Shown here: positions 42,028-51,258 of the stretch, one piece after another | Numbering within the stretch: position 1 is the first letter of the stretch | How the letters are laid out: every line of letters starts with the position of its first letter | NCBI GenBank assembly: GCA_965221775.1 | Contig: CBDCSU010000006.1 | Location: forward strand, 160,001 to 224,000 | Source of the DNA: Candidatus Latescibacterota bacterium | GTDB lineage: Bacteria; Latescibacterota; UBA2968; UBA8231 | Direction of reading: 5' to 3' | DNA length: 64,000 bases | The notes under the pieces: generated by a model | What the model saw: only the letters and a program-made list of their open reading frames with translations | Told to the model about the DNA's origin: nothing | The model's database searches: none | Program-made: the position numbers and the translations under genes

Positions 42028-43293
42028 TCACGTCTTGCGCTGCTTCTTCCGGGCCGCCGGGAACAGGACGTTGTTCAGGATCAGCCGGTACCCCGGGGAT
42101 GTGGGATGGAGGGAGAGCTGCGTCGGGGGGTCGCCCACGTGATGCTTGTGGTCCTCGGGGTCGTGGCCGCCGTAGAAGGTGACCGTGCCGCGCCCCACCT
42201 GGCCGTGGATGTACTTGACGATGTCGGTGCCCTCCACCTCGGCCAGGACCACCACGTGGTCCTTGATCAGGTGCCGGTGGAAGGCGGTGGTCTGGCCGAG
42301 GAAGCCGTCGACGACGCTCGTGTGGCACTGGGTGAGCATGGTCGGCACCGGGTCGTGGCGGGCGGAGAACTCGAAGAGGGTGAAGTACTCGGCTTCGGGA
42401 GTGCGGATGAGGCGCGCGTCTCTCGGTGTCGTGTCGATGTCGGAGTGCTCGTAGACCAGCGGATTGGTGACGATGGTGAAGTCCTCGAAGGCGACGCAGC
42501 GGCTGTAGTCGAGGGCCTCCTGGGCGCCGGGGTCGATGCCGTCGCCGTCGAAGACGGAGTGGGCGATGTCGACGCCGTCGGCGGCGAGGGCGATGTCGAA
42601 GGTGTCGGTGGCCGAGCACATGGCGAAGAGGAAGCCGCCGCCGGCGACGTACTCGCGGATGCGGCGGGCCACCGCCTTCTTCTGCTCCGACACCTTGGCG
42701 AAGCCGAGGCTGCGCGCCTGGGCCTCGTAGAGCCGCTGCTGGCCGCGGTACCAGGCCTCGTTGCGGAAGCTGGCCCAGAACTTGCCGTACTGGCCGGTGA
42801 AGTCCTCGTGGTGCAGGTGCAGCCAGTCGAAGTCCTGGAGGCGGCCGGCCAGCACCTCCTCGTCCCACAGCTTCTCGTAGTCGATGCCGGCGAACTCCAG
42901 GGCCAGGGTCACGGCGTCGTCCCAGGGCTGCTTGTTGGGGGGGGTGTAGACGGCGATGCGCGGCGCCTTCTCCAGCCGCACCACGTCCATGTTGGCGCCC
43001 TCGATCTCCGAGTAGACCCGGGCCATGTCGGCCTCGGAGATCGTCTGCACCGTGACCCCCCGGATGCGCGCCTCGCGGGCGATCAGGTCGTGGGCCTCGA
43101 CGGCGAAGGAGCCGCCGCGGTAGTTGAGGAGCCACTCCACGTCGATGCCGCGCTCCAGGACCCAGAACGCGAGGCCGTAGGCCTTGAGGTGCTGCTGCTG
43201 GGTCAGATCCATCGGCACCAGCAGCCGCTCGGCCCCGCCGGGGGCCGCGCCCAGCAGCCACAGGGCGCACGCCAGGCGGAGGAGGCCCTTCAT
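42028..43293 (-). CDS. Exported conserved protein of the FCB-group family often labelled 'asparagine synthetase B' (class I glutamine amidotransferase-like)
   Basis: Signal peptide; PMD...HLKAYG, WLLNYRGGSF, QPWDDAVTLAL, DWLHLHHEDFTGQYGKF, FAMCSATDTFD, SPGYRLILNNVLFPAA. Confidence 0.8.
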   Translation of the reverse strand: MKGLLRLACALWLLGAAPGGAERLLVPMDLTQQQHLKAYGLAFWVLERGIDVEWLLNYRGGSFAVEAHDLIAREARIRGVTVQTISEADMARVYSEIEGANMDVVRLEKAPRIAVYTPPNKQPWDDAVTLALEFAGIDYEKLWDEEVLAGRLQDFDWLHLHHEDFTGQYGKFWASFRNEAWYRGQQRLYEAQARSLGFAKVSEQKKAVARRIREYVAGGGFLFAMCSATDTFDIALAADGVDIAHSVFDGDGIDPGAQEALDYSRCVAFEDFTIVTNPLVYEHSDIDTTPRDARLIRTPEAEYFTLFEFSARHDPVPTMLTQCHTSVVDGFLGQTTAFHRHLIKDHVVVLAEVEGTDIVKYIHGQVGRGTVTFYGGHDPEDHKHHVGDPPTQLSLHPTSPGYRLILNNVLFPAARKKQRKT

Positions 43294-44990
43294 CCGCTGG
43301 GCTCCAGCAGCCGCCGCAGCTCCTCGATGCGGCGCCGGATCTCCGGGGCCCGCGAGTCCTCGGGCGAGGCCAGCAGCGTCTGCTCGTAGAGGCGCAGGGC
43401 CTCCCCCGCCTCGCCGAGGCCTTCGAGCACCCGCGCCCGCCCCATGGAGGCGGTGACGGCGGCGCGGCTGCGGTCCTCGGCGGCCGATCCCGCCTCGACG
43501 TACAGGGCCAGGGCCCGCACCGGGTCGCGGTCCTCCAGGTCGCGGGCGCGCTCGAGGCGGACCGCCTGCCTCAGGGCCGCGGGCGCCTCGGTGAGCAGCC
43601 ACCGCCACTCCGCCTCGGCCTCCTGCGTCCGCTGCTGGCGCTGGCGCAGCCGCGCCCGGGCGAGCACGGCCAGGGCCTCCGGCTGGTGGCCGAACTCCTC
43701 CAGGAGCAGCAGCAGGGCGAGGGCGTCGTTGGCCAGCGGATCGGAGGGCGAGGCGGTGACCATCGAGTCGACGAGGGCCTCGGCGTGCTCGAAGTCGCCC
43801 TGGTAGAAGGCGACGAGCCCCAGGTGGTAGGCGGCCTCGGCGCGGCCTCCTTCGAGGGCGGCCAGCCGCCTCAGCTCGCGGCGCGCCGCCGGCAGGTCGT
43901 CGAGGAGGATGTGGCACTCGGCCCGCAGGTCGAGCCAGCGGCGCTGCAGGTCGGGGGTGACGGCGCGCCTCTCGAGGGTGGACAAGGTCTCCATCGCCTC
44001 CGCCGCCGTGCCGTGGCCCCCGGCCTGGAGACGGGCGGCGCGCAGCAGCGCCTCCGCCGCCTCGGCGCGGCGGGGATGACCGGCGGCCAGTCGCGTGTAG
44101 AGTTCGACGGCGCCGTCGCCGTCGCCGAGGACCTCGCGCATCTCCGCCTGCTTGAGCAGCGACCGGTAGCGCTGCGCCGAGTCGCCTCCGTGGGCGGCGA
44201 TCAGGGCATACGCCTCGGCGGCGGCGGCGGCATCGCCGCGGGCCTCGCAGCGGGAGGCGAAGGAGTAGAGGGCCTGCAGCGCCCCCTCCTCGGGGAGGGC
44301 CCGCCCCAGGGCCCGCACGCCCCGCCCGGGGCGCCCGGTCTCCAGGGAGGCGGCCGCCGCGAGTCTCGCCGCCAGGACGCGGGTCTCGCCCTCGGCCCGG
44401 GCCAGGGCGTCCTCGGCGGCCCGGAGATACCCCTGCCCGGGATCCCCCGGTTCCTGCCCCTCCCCCGAGCCGCCGCGGACCATGTCGGCGATGCGGTTCT
44501 CCACCAGGGGGAGCCGCCAGGGGTGCTGGCGCAGGAACTCGAGGTGCGCCGCCAGGACCTCCTCGAAGCGGTCCAGCCGCAGGGCCAGCTCCGCCCGCTC
44601 CCAGGGGAAGGGGTCGTCGCCGTCGACCCGCCGCGCGCCCTCCCGGAGGACGGCCAGGGCCTCTTCGACGTGGCCCAGACCGGCCATGCGCGCGCTCACC
44701 GAACGGTAGCGCTCGAGGTCCGGGGACAGCTCCTCCAGCATCCGGGTCCAGACCTCGACCGCCGCGGCGGGGCGGCCGGCCTCGGCGAGGACCTCGCCCA
44801 GGACCAGGCGGGCCTCCTCGTCCCGGGGATGGTCGTCGATCCAGCCGGCCAGCAGCTCGGCCGCCTCCTGGAACCGCGAGGCCTGGCGCAGTTCGGAGAC
44901 GGAGCCGTGGATCTGCGGCCACGACGCCTGGCCGGCGGCGGCGGCGGGCAGCCACAGCAGGGCCGCGGCGAGGGCGGCGGCGCGGCTCAC
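43290..44990 (-). CDS. Exported tetratricopeptide-repeat protein
   Basis: VSRAAALAAALLWLPAAAAGQ signal peptide; helical TPR-like repeats; ANDAL motif; stop/start overlaps with both neighbours. Confidence 0.8.
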   Translation of the reverse strand: MSRAAALAAALLWLPAAAAGQASWPQIHGSVSELRQASRFQEAAELLAGWIDDHPRDEEARLVLGEVLAEAGRPAAAVEVWTRMLEELSPDLERYRSVSARMAGLGHVEEALAVLREGARRVDGDDPFPWERAELALRLDRFEEVLAAHLEFLRQHPWRLPLVENRIADMVRGGSGEGQEPGDPGQGYLRAAEDALARAEGETRVLAARLAAAASLETGRPGRGVRALGRALPEEGALQALYSFASRCEARGDAAAAAEAYALIAAHGGDSAQRYRSLLKQAEMREVLGDGDGAVELYTRLAAGHPRRAEAAEALLRAARLQAGGHGTAAEAMETLSTLERRAVTPDLQRRWLDLRAECHILLDDLPAARRELRRLAALEGGRAEAAYHLGLVAFYQGDFEHAEALVDSMVTASPSDPLANDALALLLLLEEFGHQPEALAVLARARLRQRQQRTQEAEAEWRWLLTEAPAALRQAVRLERARDLEDRDPVRALALYVEAGSAAEDRSRAAVTASMGRARVLEGLGEAGEALRLYEQTLLASPEDSRAPEIRRRIEELRRLLEPSG

Positions 44991-47900
44991 GGCAGGGCCT
45001 CCGGCCCGTCCTCCGGGTGCAGATCCTGGTAGACGCTCTCGTAGTAACGGCGGATCAGCTCGCGGTACTCGGCGGGATAGTCGCCGGCCAGGGCGCGGCG
45101 CATCGCCTCGCGCCAGGCCTCCGGACGCTGGCCGAGATCGACGGGCAGCCACCCCGGGCCGGTGAAGGGACGCTGCTCCCCCTGCTCCGAGCGGCGGCGC
45201 TTCTCGAAGCCGCGGGAGTGGATGGAACGGCTGGCGTCGAGCAGGCGCTGCAGGATCCGCTCCTGCCCCTCGGTGACGCGGGCGTCGGCGCGGGGCCGCT
45301 CCATGCGCGCCAGGACCTCCTTCATCTCCCGCTGGATGGCGCCGATGCGCTCCTGCAGCGAGCGCTGGCCGCGCAGGGACCGCTCCACCTCGGCCAGGGC
45401 CTGCTGGATGCGCCGCTGCTCGGCGGCCAGTCCCGGCATGGCCGGGATCCGGCCCCCGGGCCCGCGCGGGTTCCGGGATCCCTGCTGCATCGCCTGCCGG
45501 GTCGCCTCGTTGAGGGCGGACTGCTGCTCGGAGAGGGCCATCATCTGCTCCATGGCCTCGCCGAAGGAGGAGGGCGTGCGCGCCTGGCTCAGGTTGTCCA
45601 GGCTCTGCCGCAGCTGCTGCGCCGCCTGGTTCAGGTAGCCCATGGCCTCGGTCTGGAGCTGTCCGGCGCGGCCCCTCTCCAGCTGCCCCAGCCGCCCGGC
45701 GGCCTCCTCCATGCGGCGCAGGGCGCCGCCGAGGGTGGCGGCCAGCGAAGGTTCCAGGGCCAGCGTCCTCGAGCCAACGCGGGCGACGTCCTCGGTGACC
45801 AGCTCCGCGCCCTGGGCCAGGGCCTGCTGGCCGGCGGCCAGGGCGGCGGCGGGACGCCCCGGCTGGCGCGAGGTCTCCTGCGCCAGTTCCTCCTGCCGGC
45901 GGGAGAGGTCCACCAGGTCGGCCATGGCCCGGCGCAGGAGGCGGGCCAGCTCCTGCCGCTGGTCGCCGAAGAACTCCTCGCGGAGCCGGCCCATGGACGC
46001 GGACAGCTCCTCCAGGTCCTGCTGCAGGGCGGCGCCCATCCTTCCCGCCCGGGGCCGCTGCCCCGAGGCCAGGAGGCGCTCCATGCGGCGCATGCGCTCC
46101 GACAGGGCCTGGTGCTCCATGCCCTCGGCCTCGGCGCGCAGGGCCTCGGCGGTCGGCGCGCTCAGGTCCTGCAGCTCCTGCCCCAACCGGTCGATCTCCC
46201 GGCGCAGGCGGTCGGTGTCGCCGGCGAGCCTCCCCTCCTGCTCCCCCAGGGCCTCGTCCCCGAGGGCGGCCTCCGCGGAGCTCTGCTCGAGGGCCTCGTT
46301 GATCCTCCCCTGGCGGTCCTCCAGGTCCTCCGCCTGCTCGACGACGGCCAGCAGGCGCTGCTCGGCGTGCACCTGCCGGAGCAGGTCCAGGGTCCGCTCC
46401 AGGCGCTTCTGAAACGCCTCCTGGTCCTCGGCGAACTGCTTCAGGGCCTCGGCGAGCTCTTCGGCGTCGGGCTGCTCGGCCGCCTGCTGCAGGGCCCGCA
46501 GGGCCTCCAGCAGCTCCGGCGAGGCGACGGCGGCCATCAGCTCGCGGATCTCGTCGAGCTTGTCGAGCAGGTCCCGCGAGTCGGCGCCGCCCTGCTCCAG
46601 CTTCTCCAGGGTGCCGGCCATCTGCCGGGCGACCTCCTCCACGGCGCGGGCGCGCTCCTCCTGGGCGGCCAGGGCGCTCTCCAGCTCCTGCTTCTGGTCC
46701 CAGGTGAGCTCCTCGGTGCGCAGCACCTCCCGCCGCAGCCGCTCCACGTACTCCCGGGCCCCCGCCTCCTCGGCGGCGACCTCCTCCAGCGACGCCAGGC
46801 GCTCCTCCTGCTGTCTCGAAGCCTCGTCGAACAACTCCCAGAGGGAGGGGAAGCGCAGCACGTGCTCGGGGCTCACCGCCCGCTTGGGCCCGCCCACGGC
46901 GTCGTTGTCGAAGGCCTCGGCGCGGTAGCGCACCCGGTCCTCCGGCAGCAGCTCCAGCGGCGCCAGGTCCCACGGCTGGGAGAGGACCACCCGGGGGCCG
47001 GCCTCCACGGGCATGGGCCGGCGCCTCTCGGGACCCTGGCCGACGCGGAAGACGAGGTCGACGCGGCTCACCCCGAAGTCGTCGGCGGCCTCGACCCGCA
47101 CCCGCACCTGCTGGCTCTCGGGCAGGTCGGCCTCGGGGCCGGGCTCGGAGATGACGACCTCCGGCGGCTGGTCGCGCAGCACCTGGAGGGCATGGCGGAT
47201 GGGGGTCCGGTTGCCGACCCCCTCGCGGTCGGTGAGGGCCACGAGGTACTCGCGGCGGGCCCCGGCGCTGTCCTCCGGGGCCGGCAGGGTCCAGCTGACG
47301 ACGGCGCCGTCGTCGACCACCCGGGCCGGCAGGCGGAGGGTGTCGTCGATCACCAGGGCCGCGGCGGAGAGGGGCTTGCTGGCGTGGATCGCCCACTCGA
47401 CGGCGGTCCCGGCGAGGGCGCGCACGTCGCCGCCCTGCTCCTCGACCCGCGCCGGGAGCCCGCTGTACTCCGGATAGTCGTAGCGCAGCCGCAAGCGCGT
47501 GACCTCGGGGGGATCGATGACGGTGACGCGGTAGGGGCCGGCCTCGCCGTCGCCGGCGGCGACCTCGAAGTCGAAGGTGGAGCGCACTTCCTCGAAGAGG
47601 TGGCGCAGCGAGTCGGCGCCGCCGGCTTCGAGGATCACCTCCTCCTCGACCCAGTCCCCGTCGCGCACGTCGCGGCGGCGGACCCGCAGCGCCGGCGGCC
47701 GGTCGCCTTCGATGCGGATGGAGAGGGCCACGTCCTCTCCGCGGATCGCCCGCTGGTGGCCGGGCTCGACATGGACCCGGGTCCGCTGCGGGCGCTCGAA
47801 GGCCGTCCCCGGGTGCAGGCAGCGGTGCAGGGCCTCGCCGCCGGCGGTCCCGGAGAGGGCGAGCAGGAGCAGCAGCGGCCCGGCGATGGCCGCGCCCCTC

Positions 47901-48361
47901 AGGGCGGCGCGGCGCAGCCTCGACGCCGGCACCAGCCGCGCTTCTCCGTGGCGGTCGAGGACGGCGGCCGCCTCCGAGGCCGAAGCGGCGAGCAGGTCGG
48001 AGGAGTAGAGCCGCGAGCGCGGGCCGCCGCCCGCCTCCAGGGCCGTCATCAGCCGCTGCGACAGCTCCGGGGCGCGGTCCTCGATGGTCAGGGCCGCGGC
48101 CCTCAGAGGGAAGCCCCGGCGCCACGGCCACAGGATGCGCGCCGCGGCGGCCGCGCCGGCGGCGGCGGTGACCAGGATCAGCCCCCATCTCCAGGGGGAG
48201 GGCAGGTAGAGGAGGGCCTCCAGGCCGACGGCGAGGACGCCGGCGGCGACGGCGGTGGACAGGCCCGCCGCCAGGCCCGCGGCGGCCTCGAGCAGCAGCC
48301 GGCGGCGGCGCAGCCGGCGGAGCCGCTCGAGCAGCAGATCGCGTGCCGGGGCTTCGTTCAC
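44987..48361 (-). CDS. DUF4175-like membrane-anchored coiled-coil protein
   Basis: N-terminal TM pair, YDYPEYSG, DQPPEVVI, AADDFGV, AFDNDAVGGPK, long Q/E/L coiled coil, YRELIRRYYE end. Confidence 0.82.
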   Translation of the reverse strand: MNEAPARDLLLERLRRLRRRRLLLEAAAGLAAGLSTAVAAGVLAVGLEALLYLPSPWRWGLILVTAAAGAAAAARILWPWRRGFPLRAAALTIEDRAPELSQRLMTALEAGGGPRSRLYSSDLLAASASEAAAVLDRHGEARLVPASRLRRAALRGAAIAGPLLLLLALSGTAGGEALHRCLHPGTAFERPQRTRVHVEPGHQRAIRGEDVALSIRIEGDRPPALRVRRRDVRDGDWVEEEVILEAGGADSLRHLFEEVRSTFDFEVAAGDGEAGPYRVTVIDPPEVTRLRLRYDYPEYSGLPARVEEQGGDVRALAGTAVEWAIHASKPLSAAALVIDDTLRLPARVVDDGAVVSWTLPAPEDSAGARREYLVALTDREGVGNRTPIRHALQVLRDQPPEVVISEPGPEADLPESQQVRVRVEAADDFGVSRVDLVFRVGQGPERRRPMPVEAGPRVVLSQPWDLAPLELLPEDRVRYRAEAFDNDAVGGPKRAVSPEHVLRFPSLWELFDEASRQQEERLASLEEVAAEEAGAREYVERLRREVLRTEELTWDQKQELESALAAQEERARAVEEVARQMAGTLEKLEQGGADSRDLLDKLDEIRELMAAVASPELLEALRALQQAAEQPDAEELAEALKQFAEDQEAFQKRLERTLDLLRQVHAEQRLLAVVEQAEDLEDRQGRINEALEQSSAEAALGDEALGEQEGRLAGDTDRLRREIDRLGQELQDLSAPTAEALRAEAEGMEHQALSERMRRMERLLASGQRPRAGRMGAALQQDLEELSASMGRLREEFFGDQRQELARLLRRAMADLVDLSRRQEELAQETSRQPGRPAAALAAGQQALAQGAELVTEDVARVGSRTLALEPSLAATLGGALRRMEEAAGRLGQLERGRAGQLQTEAMGYLNQAAQQLRQSLDNLSQARTPSSFGEAMEQMMALSEQQSALNEATRQAMQQGSRNPRGPGGRIPAMPGLAAEQRRIQQALAEVERSLRGQRSLQERIGAIQREMKEVLARMERPRADARVTEGQERILQRLLDASRSIHSRGFEKRRRSEQGEQRPFTGPGWLPVDLGQRPEAWREAMRRALAGDYPAEYRELIRRYYESVYQDLHPEDGPEALP

Positions 48362-48367
48362 GATGGG

Positions 48368-49054
48368 CTAGCGGGTGAGGGCGTAGAGGACGATGTTGGC
48401 TCCCATGCGCAAAGCCTGCTGCCTCACTTCCTCCGGGTCGCCGTGGACGTGGGCGTCTTCCCAGCCGTCGCCGAGGTCGGACTCGTAGGTGTAGAGGACC
48501 AGGAGGCGCTCCCCGCCGAAGAGGCCCAGGGCCTGGGGCCGCCGGCCGTCGTGCTCGTGGACCTTCGGCAGGCCGCCGGGCAGCTCGAAGTGACAGCGGA
48601 ACAGGTCGTGGCCGGCGGGCAGCTCGAGGAACTCCCTCGTGGGGAAGACCTTGCGCATCTCCCGGCGGAAGGACTCGTCCATGCCGTAGTTGTCGTCGGC
48701 GTGCAGGAAGCCGCCCGCCTCGAGGTAACGCCGCAGGCGGGCCGCTTCGTCGGCCGTCCAGGAGACGTTGCCGTGCCCCGTCATGTAGAGGTAGGGATGG
48801 GCGAAGAGCTCGCGGTCGAGGAGGCGCACGCGCGCCTCGGAGGAGGCCGTGGCCAGCCTCGTGTGGCGCGAGAGGAAGGCCAGCAGGTTGGGCAGGGACG
48901 ACGGGTCGCTGTACCAGTCGCCGCCGCCGTCGTACTGGAGCCGGGCGATGGTGAACAGGTCGGTCGGCCCGGCATGGCCCGGGGCCGCCGGAGTCAGGAC
49001 CGCCGCCGCCAGGATCGCCACCCGCAGGGCGGCGGACGCCCGGCCCGCGGTCAA
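48368..49054 (-). CDS. DUF4159 domain protein
   Basis: IARLQYDGGGDWYSDP, PYLYMTGHGNV, GGFLHADDNYG, GLPKVHEHDG, ESDLGDGWED. Confidence 0.9.
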   Translation of the reverse strand: MTAGRASAALRVAILAAAVLTPAAPGHAGPTDLFTIARLQYDGGGDWYSDPSSLPNLLAFLSRHTRLATASSEARVRLLDRELFAHPYLYMTGHGNVSWTADEAARLRRYLEAGGFLHADDNYGMDESFRREMRKVFPTREFLELPAGHDLFRCHFELPGGLPKVHEHDGRRPQALGLFGGERLLVLYTYESDLGDGWEDAHVHGDPEEVRQQALRMGANIVLYALTR

Positions 49055-51249
49055 GGGCGGGCCCCCTTCACCAGGGCGAAGCGGCCCGAGACCGGCTCGC
49101 CCGACTCGCTCTCGGCGACGTAGTAGTAGACGCCCGCCGCCACGAGGTACCCGGCCTCGTTCAGACCGTCCCAGGTGATGGTGCCGCGCCCGGCCTCCCC
49201 CCGCCGGGTGGCCACGAGATCGCCGGAGGCCGAGTAGATGCGCAGGGTGGCCCCGAGGGGCAGCCCCGTGATCGACACCTCCTCTCGCCCGGCCGTCACG
49301 TAGGGGTTGGGATAGACGCTCGCCACCTCCGGCCGGCCGTCGTCCACCGCTCTCAGGCGCAGGCGGCTGAGACCGTCGAGGGTGCCGATCCAGAGATCTC
49401 CGCCATCGGCGTCGTAGCGCAGCCCCTTCACCTGGTTGCCGATGAGGCAGCTGTTTCCCGAGGTGAAGTTGAGGTCGACCTGGCCGTCGGCGCGGATGCG
49501 CGACAGACCGGCCGACGTGCCGACCCATACATTCCCGTCCTCGTCCTCCTCGAGGGAGCTGATGTCGGCCGAGGGGAGGCCGTCCGAGGTGTCGTAGACC
49601 TGCCAGGCGGCCACATCCAGGGTTCCGGAGGCCCGGTCGTAGTCCGGCGTCAGGACGTTCACCCCGTTCTCGGCTGCCATCCAGACGCGGCCGTCCCGGC
49701 TGGCGAGAACGGCGAAGAGGCGATCGCTCGTGAGCCGGCTCTCCCCGGCCTGGGAGAGGTTGACCATGCGATCGTCGCCGCCCTCGAAGGGGGTGCCGCC
49801 ATCGTCGAGCAGAACGAGGCCGGAGCGGCGGCTGACGATCCACTTGAGGCCGTCCGGGCCGATGTCCATGCGGTAGAGATCGAAGGTCGGGAGCAGCCCC
49901 AGCTCCTTCTGGTCGAAGAGGTACTCCCGCTGCGGAGGATAGCCGTCGAGGACGGCGACCCCCACCAAGGTGTTGAGCAGCCACATGTGCCCCGCGGGGT
50001 CGCGGTGGATGTCGCTGACGACGATGAAGTTCGGGTTGTTCGTGGCGCTCGGTCTCAGGACGGTGCCTTCGGTGGGGACCCTCGTCCAGCCCGTCCCCTC
50101 GCGGATGAAGGCGCCAGCCCCCCAGCTGCCGGTCCAGAGGCGCCCCTCCGCGTCGGTCTCGAGGGCGACGACGGTGCGGCGCTCGTGGACCGACCAGCCT
50201 CCCTCCGACAGGTGGTAGATGCCGGCGTCGTCCTCCGTACGCAGGTCGTCGGGCACGCTGGCCGCCCACACCTCTTCCTCCCCCGTGACGGCGATCTCGT
50301 AGAACCGGCTCGACCCCGGCTCGCTCGACGGCAGGACGGACTCGTCCCCGATGGCGTGGAGACCGGTGCCGGTGCCCAGCCACAGCACGTCCTCATCCGT
50401 CCTGCTGATGGCCCTGATCTCCGCGATCTCCGGTGCCGAGACCCTCGCCCATCCACCGTTCCCGGTGCGCGCCAGCAGTCGACCCTCGGCGGTGGCGGCC
50501 ACGACCTGCCCGCCGCGGGCCCCGAGGCTCACGATGGTCTCCTCGTGGTCCCGCCGGAAGCCGTCCTCCTGCGGATCGTAGATCAGGACACCTCGCAGCG
50601 TGCCCGCGTAGAGGACCCCGTCGACGGCGATGACGGTACCCACCGCTCCGATGTTGTCGAGGGTACGCCAGCTCTCGGGATCCTGCAGGTTCGGGTGGTC
50701 GATCCGGGCCCAGGCGATCCCCACCGTGGTACCCACGAAGAGGGTGCCGTCGAGAATGGCCATGCTGCGGACGGCCGTGTCCTTCGGGAGGTTGCCGAGG
50801 AGTCGATACGTCTCCTTGACTTCCTCGCGGTCGGTCAGAAAGAGGCTGACGCCCGTGCTCGTGCCGACGAAGAGCCTCCGGCCCAGGCTCAGAAGCGAGG
50901 TGATGGCGAGACCGCGGAATTCCCGATAGGTCCGGTCGAAGGTCGAGGTGGCCGGACGGTAGCGGCTGAGGCCCTGGCCGTCGCTGCCGAACCAGAGGTG
51001 GCCGTCGCCGTCGGCGGCCAGGGACAGGATGCGGTTGCCCGCGAGTCCGTCGATCCGGGACAGACGGTCGTAGCGGCCCTGGATGCGGTCGTAGCGCAGG
51101 ACCCCGCCCGTCGTGGCGGCCCACACCTCGTCACCGTCGATGAGCACGCCTTCGACCTGCTTCATGCTGGTGTAGGCAGCCCACTCGCGGTCACAGCGGG
51201 CGCCGGCGGAGGAACTCAGCAGGAGTCCAAGGCAGACCAGGAGGATCAC
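49051..51249 (-). CDS. PorZ-like beta-propeller protein with C-terminal FlgD-Ig/T9SS-type domain
   Basis: Signal peptide; repeated DxDGxLWxG propeller blades (ATTGG, DGLAGN, GLVLLDDGGTP); C-terminal VYPNPY...WDGLNEAGYLVAAGVYYY...GRFALVK. Confidence 0.78.
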   Translation of the reverse strand: MILLVCLGLLLSSSAGARCDREWAAYTSMKQVEGVLIDGDEVWAATTGGVLRYDRIQGRYDRLSRIDGLAGNRILSLAADGDGHLWFGSDGQGLSRYRPATSTFDRTYREFRGLAITSLLSLGRRLFVGTSTGVSLFLTDREEVKETYRLLGNLPKDTAVRSMAILDGTLFVGTTVGIAWARIDHPNLQDPESWRTLDNIGAVGTVIAVDGVLYAGTLRGVLIYDPQEDGFRRDHEETIVSLGARGGQVVAATAEGRLLARTGNGGWARVSAPEIAEIRAISRTDEDVLWLGTGTGLHAIGDESVLPSSEPGSSRFYEIAVTGEEEVWAASVPDDLRTEDDAGIYHLSEGGWSVHERRTVVALETDAEGRLWTGSWGAGAFIREGTGWTRVPTEGTVLRPSATNNPNFIVVSDIHRDPAGHMWLLNTLVGVAVLDGYPPQREYLFDQKELGLLPTFDLYRMDIGPDGLKWIVSRRSGLVLLDDGGTPFEGGDDRMVNLSQAGESRLTSDRLFAVLASRDGRVWMAAENGVNVLTPDYDRASGTLDVAAWQVYDTSDGLPSADISSLEEDEDGNVWVGTSAGLSRIRADGQVDLNFTSGNSCLIGNQVKGLRYDADGGDLWIGTLDGLSRLRLRAVDDGRPEVASVYPNPYVTAGREEVSITGLPLGATLRIYSASGDLVATRRGEAGRGTITWDGLNEAGYLVAAGVYYYVAESESGEPVSGRFALVKGARP

Positions 51250-51258
51250 CGGACGGTC

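Noticed and set aside
43290-49123. Very long alternative-frame and antisense ORFs (e.g. 1632 aa, 1368 aa) and similar ones across the window
   Set aside because: They are Arg/Gly/Pro-rich or antisense shadows expected at this high GC. Real genes were resolved from motifs and stop/start overlaps; only the 3' part of the 1632-aa frame, from 44990, is the TPR gene.
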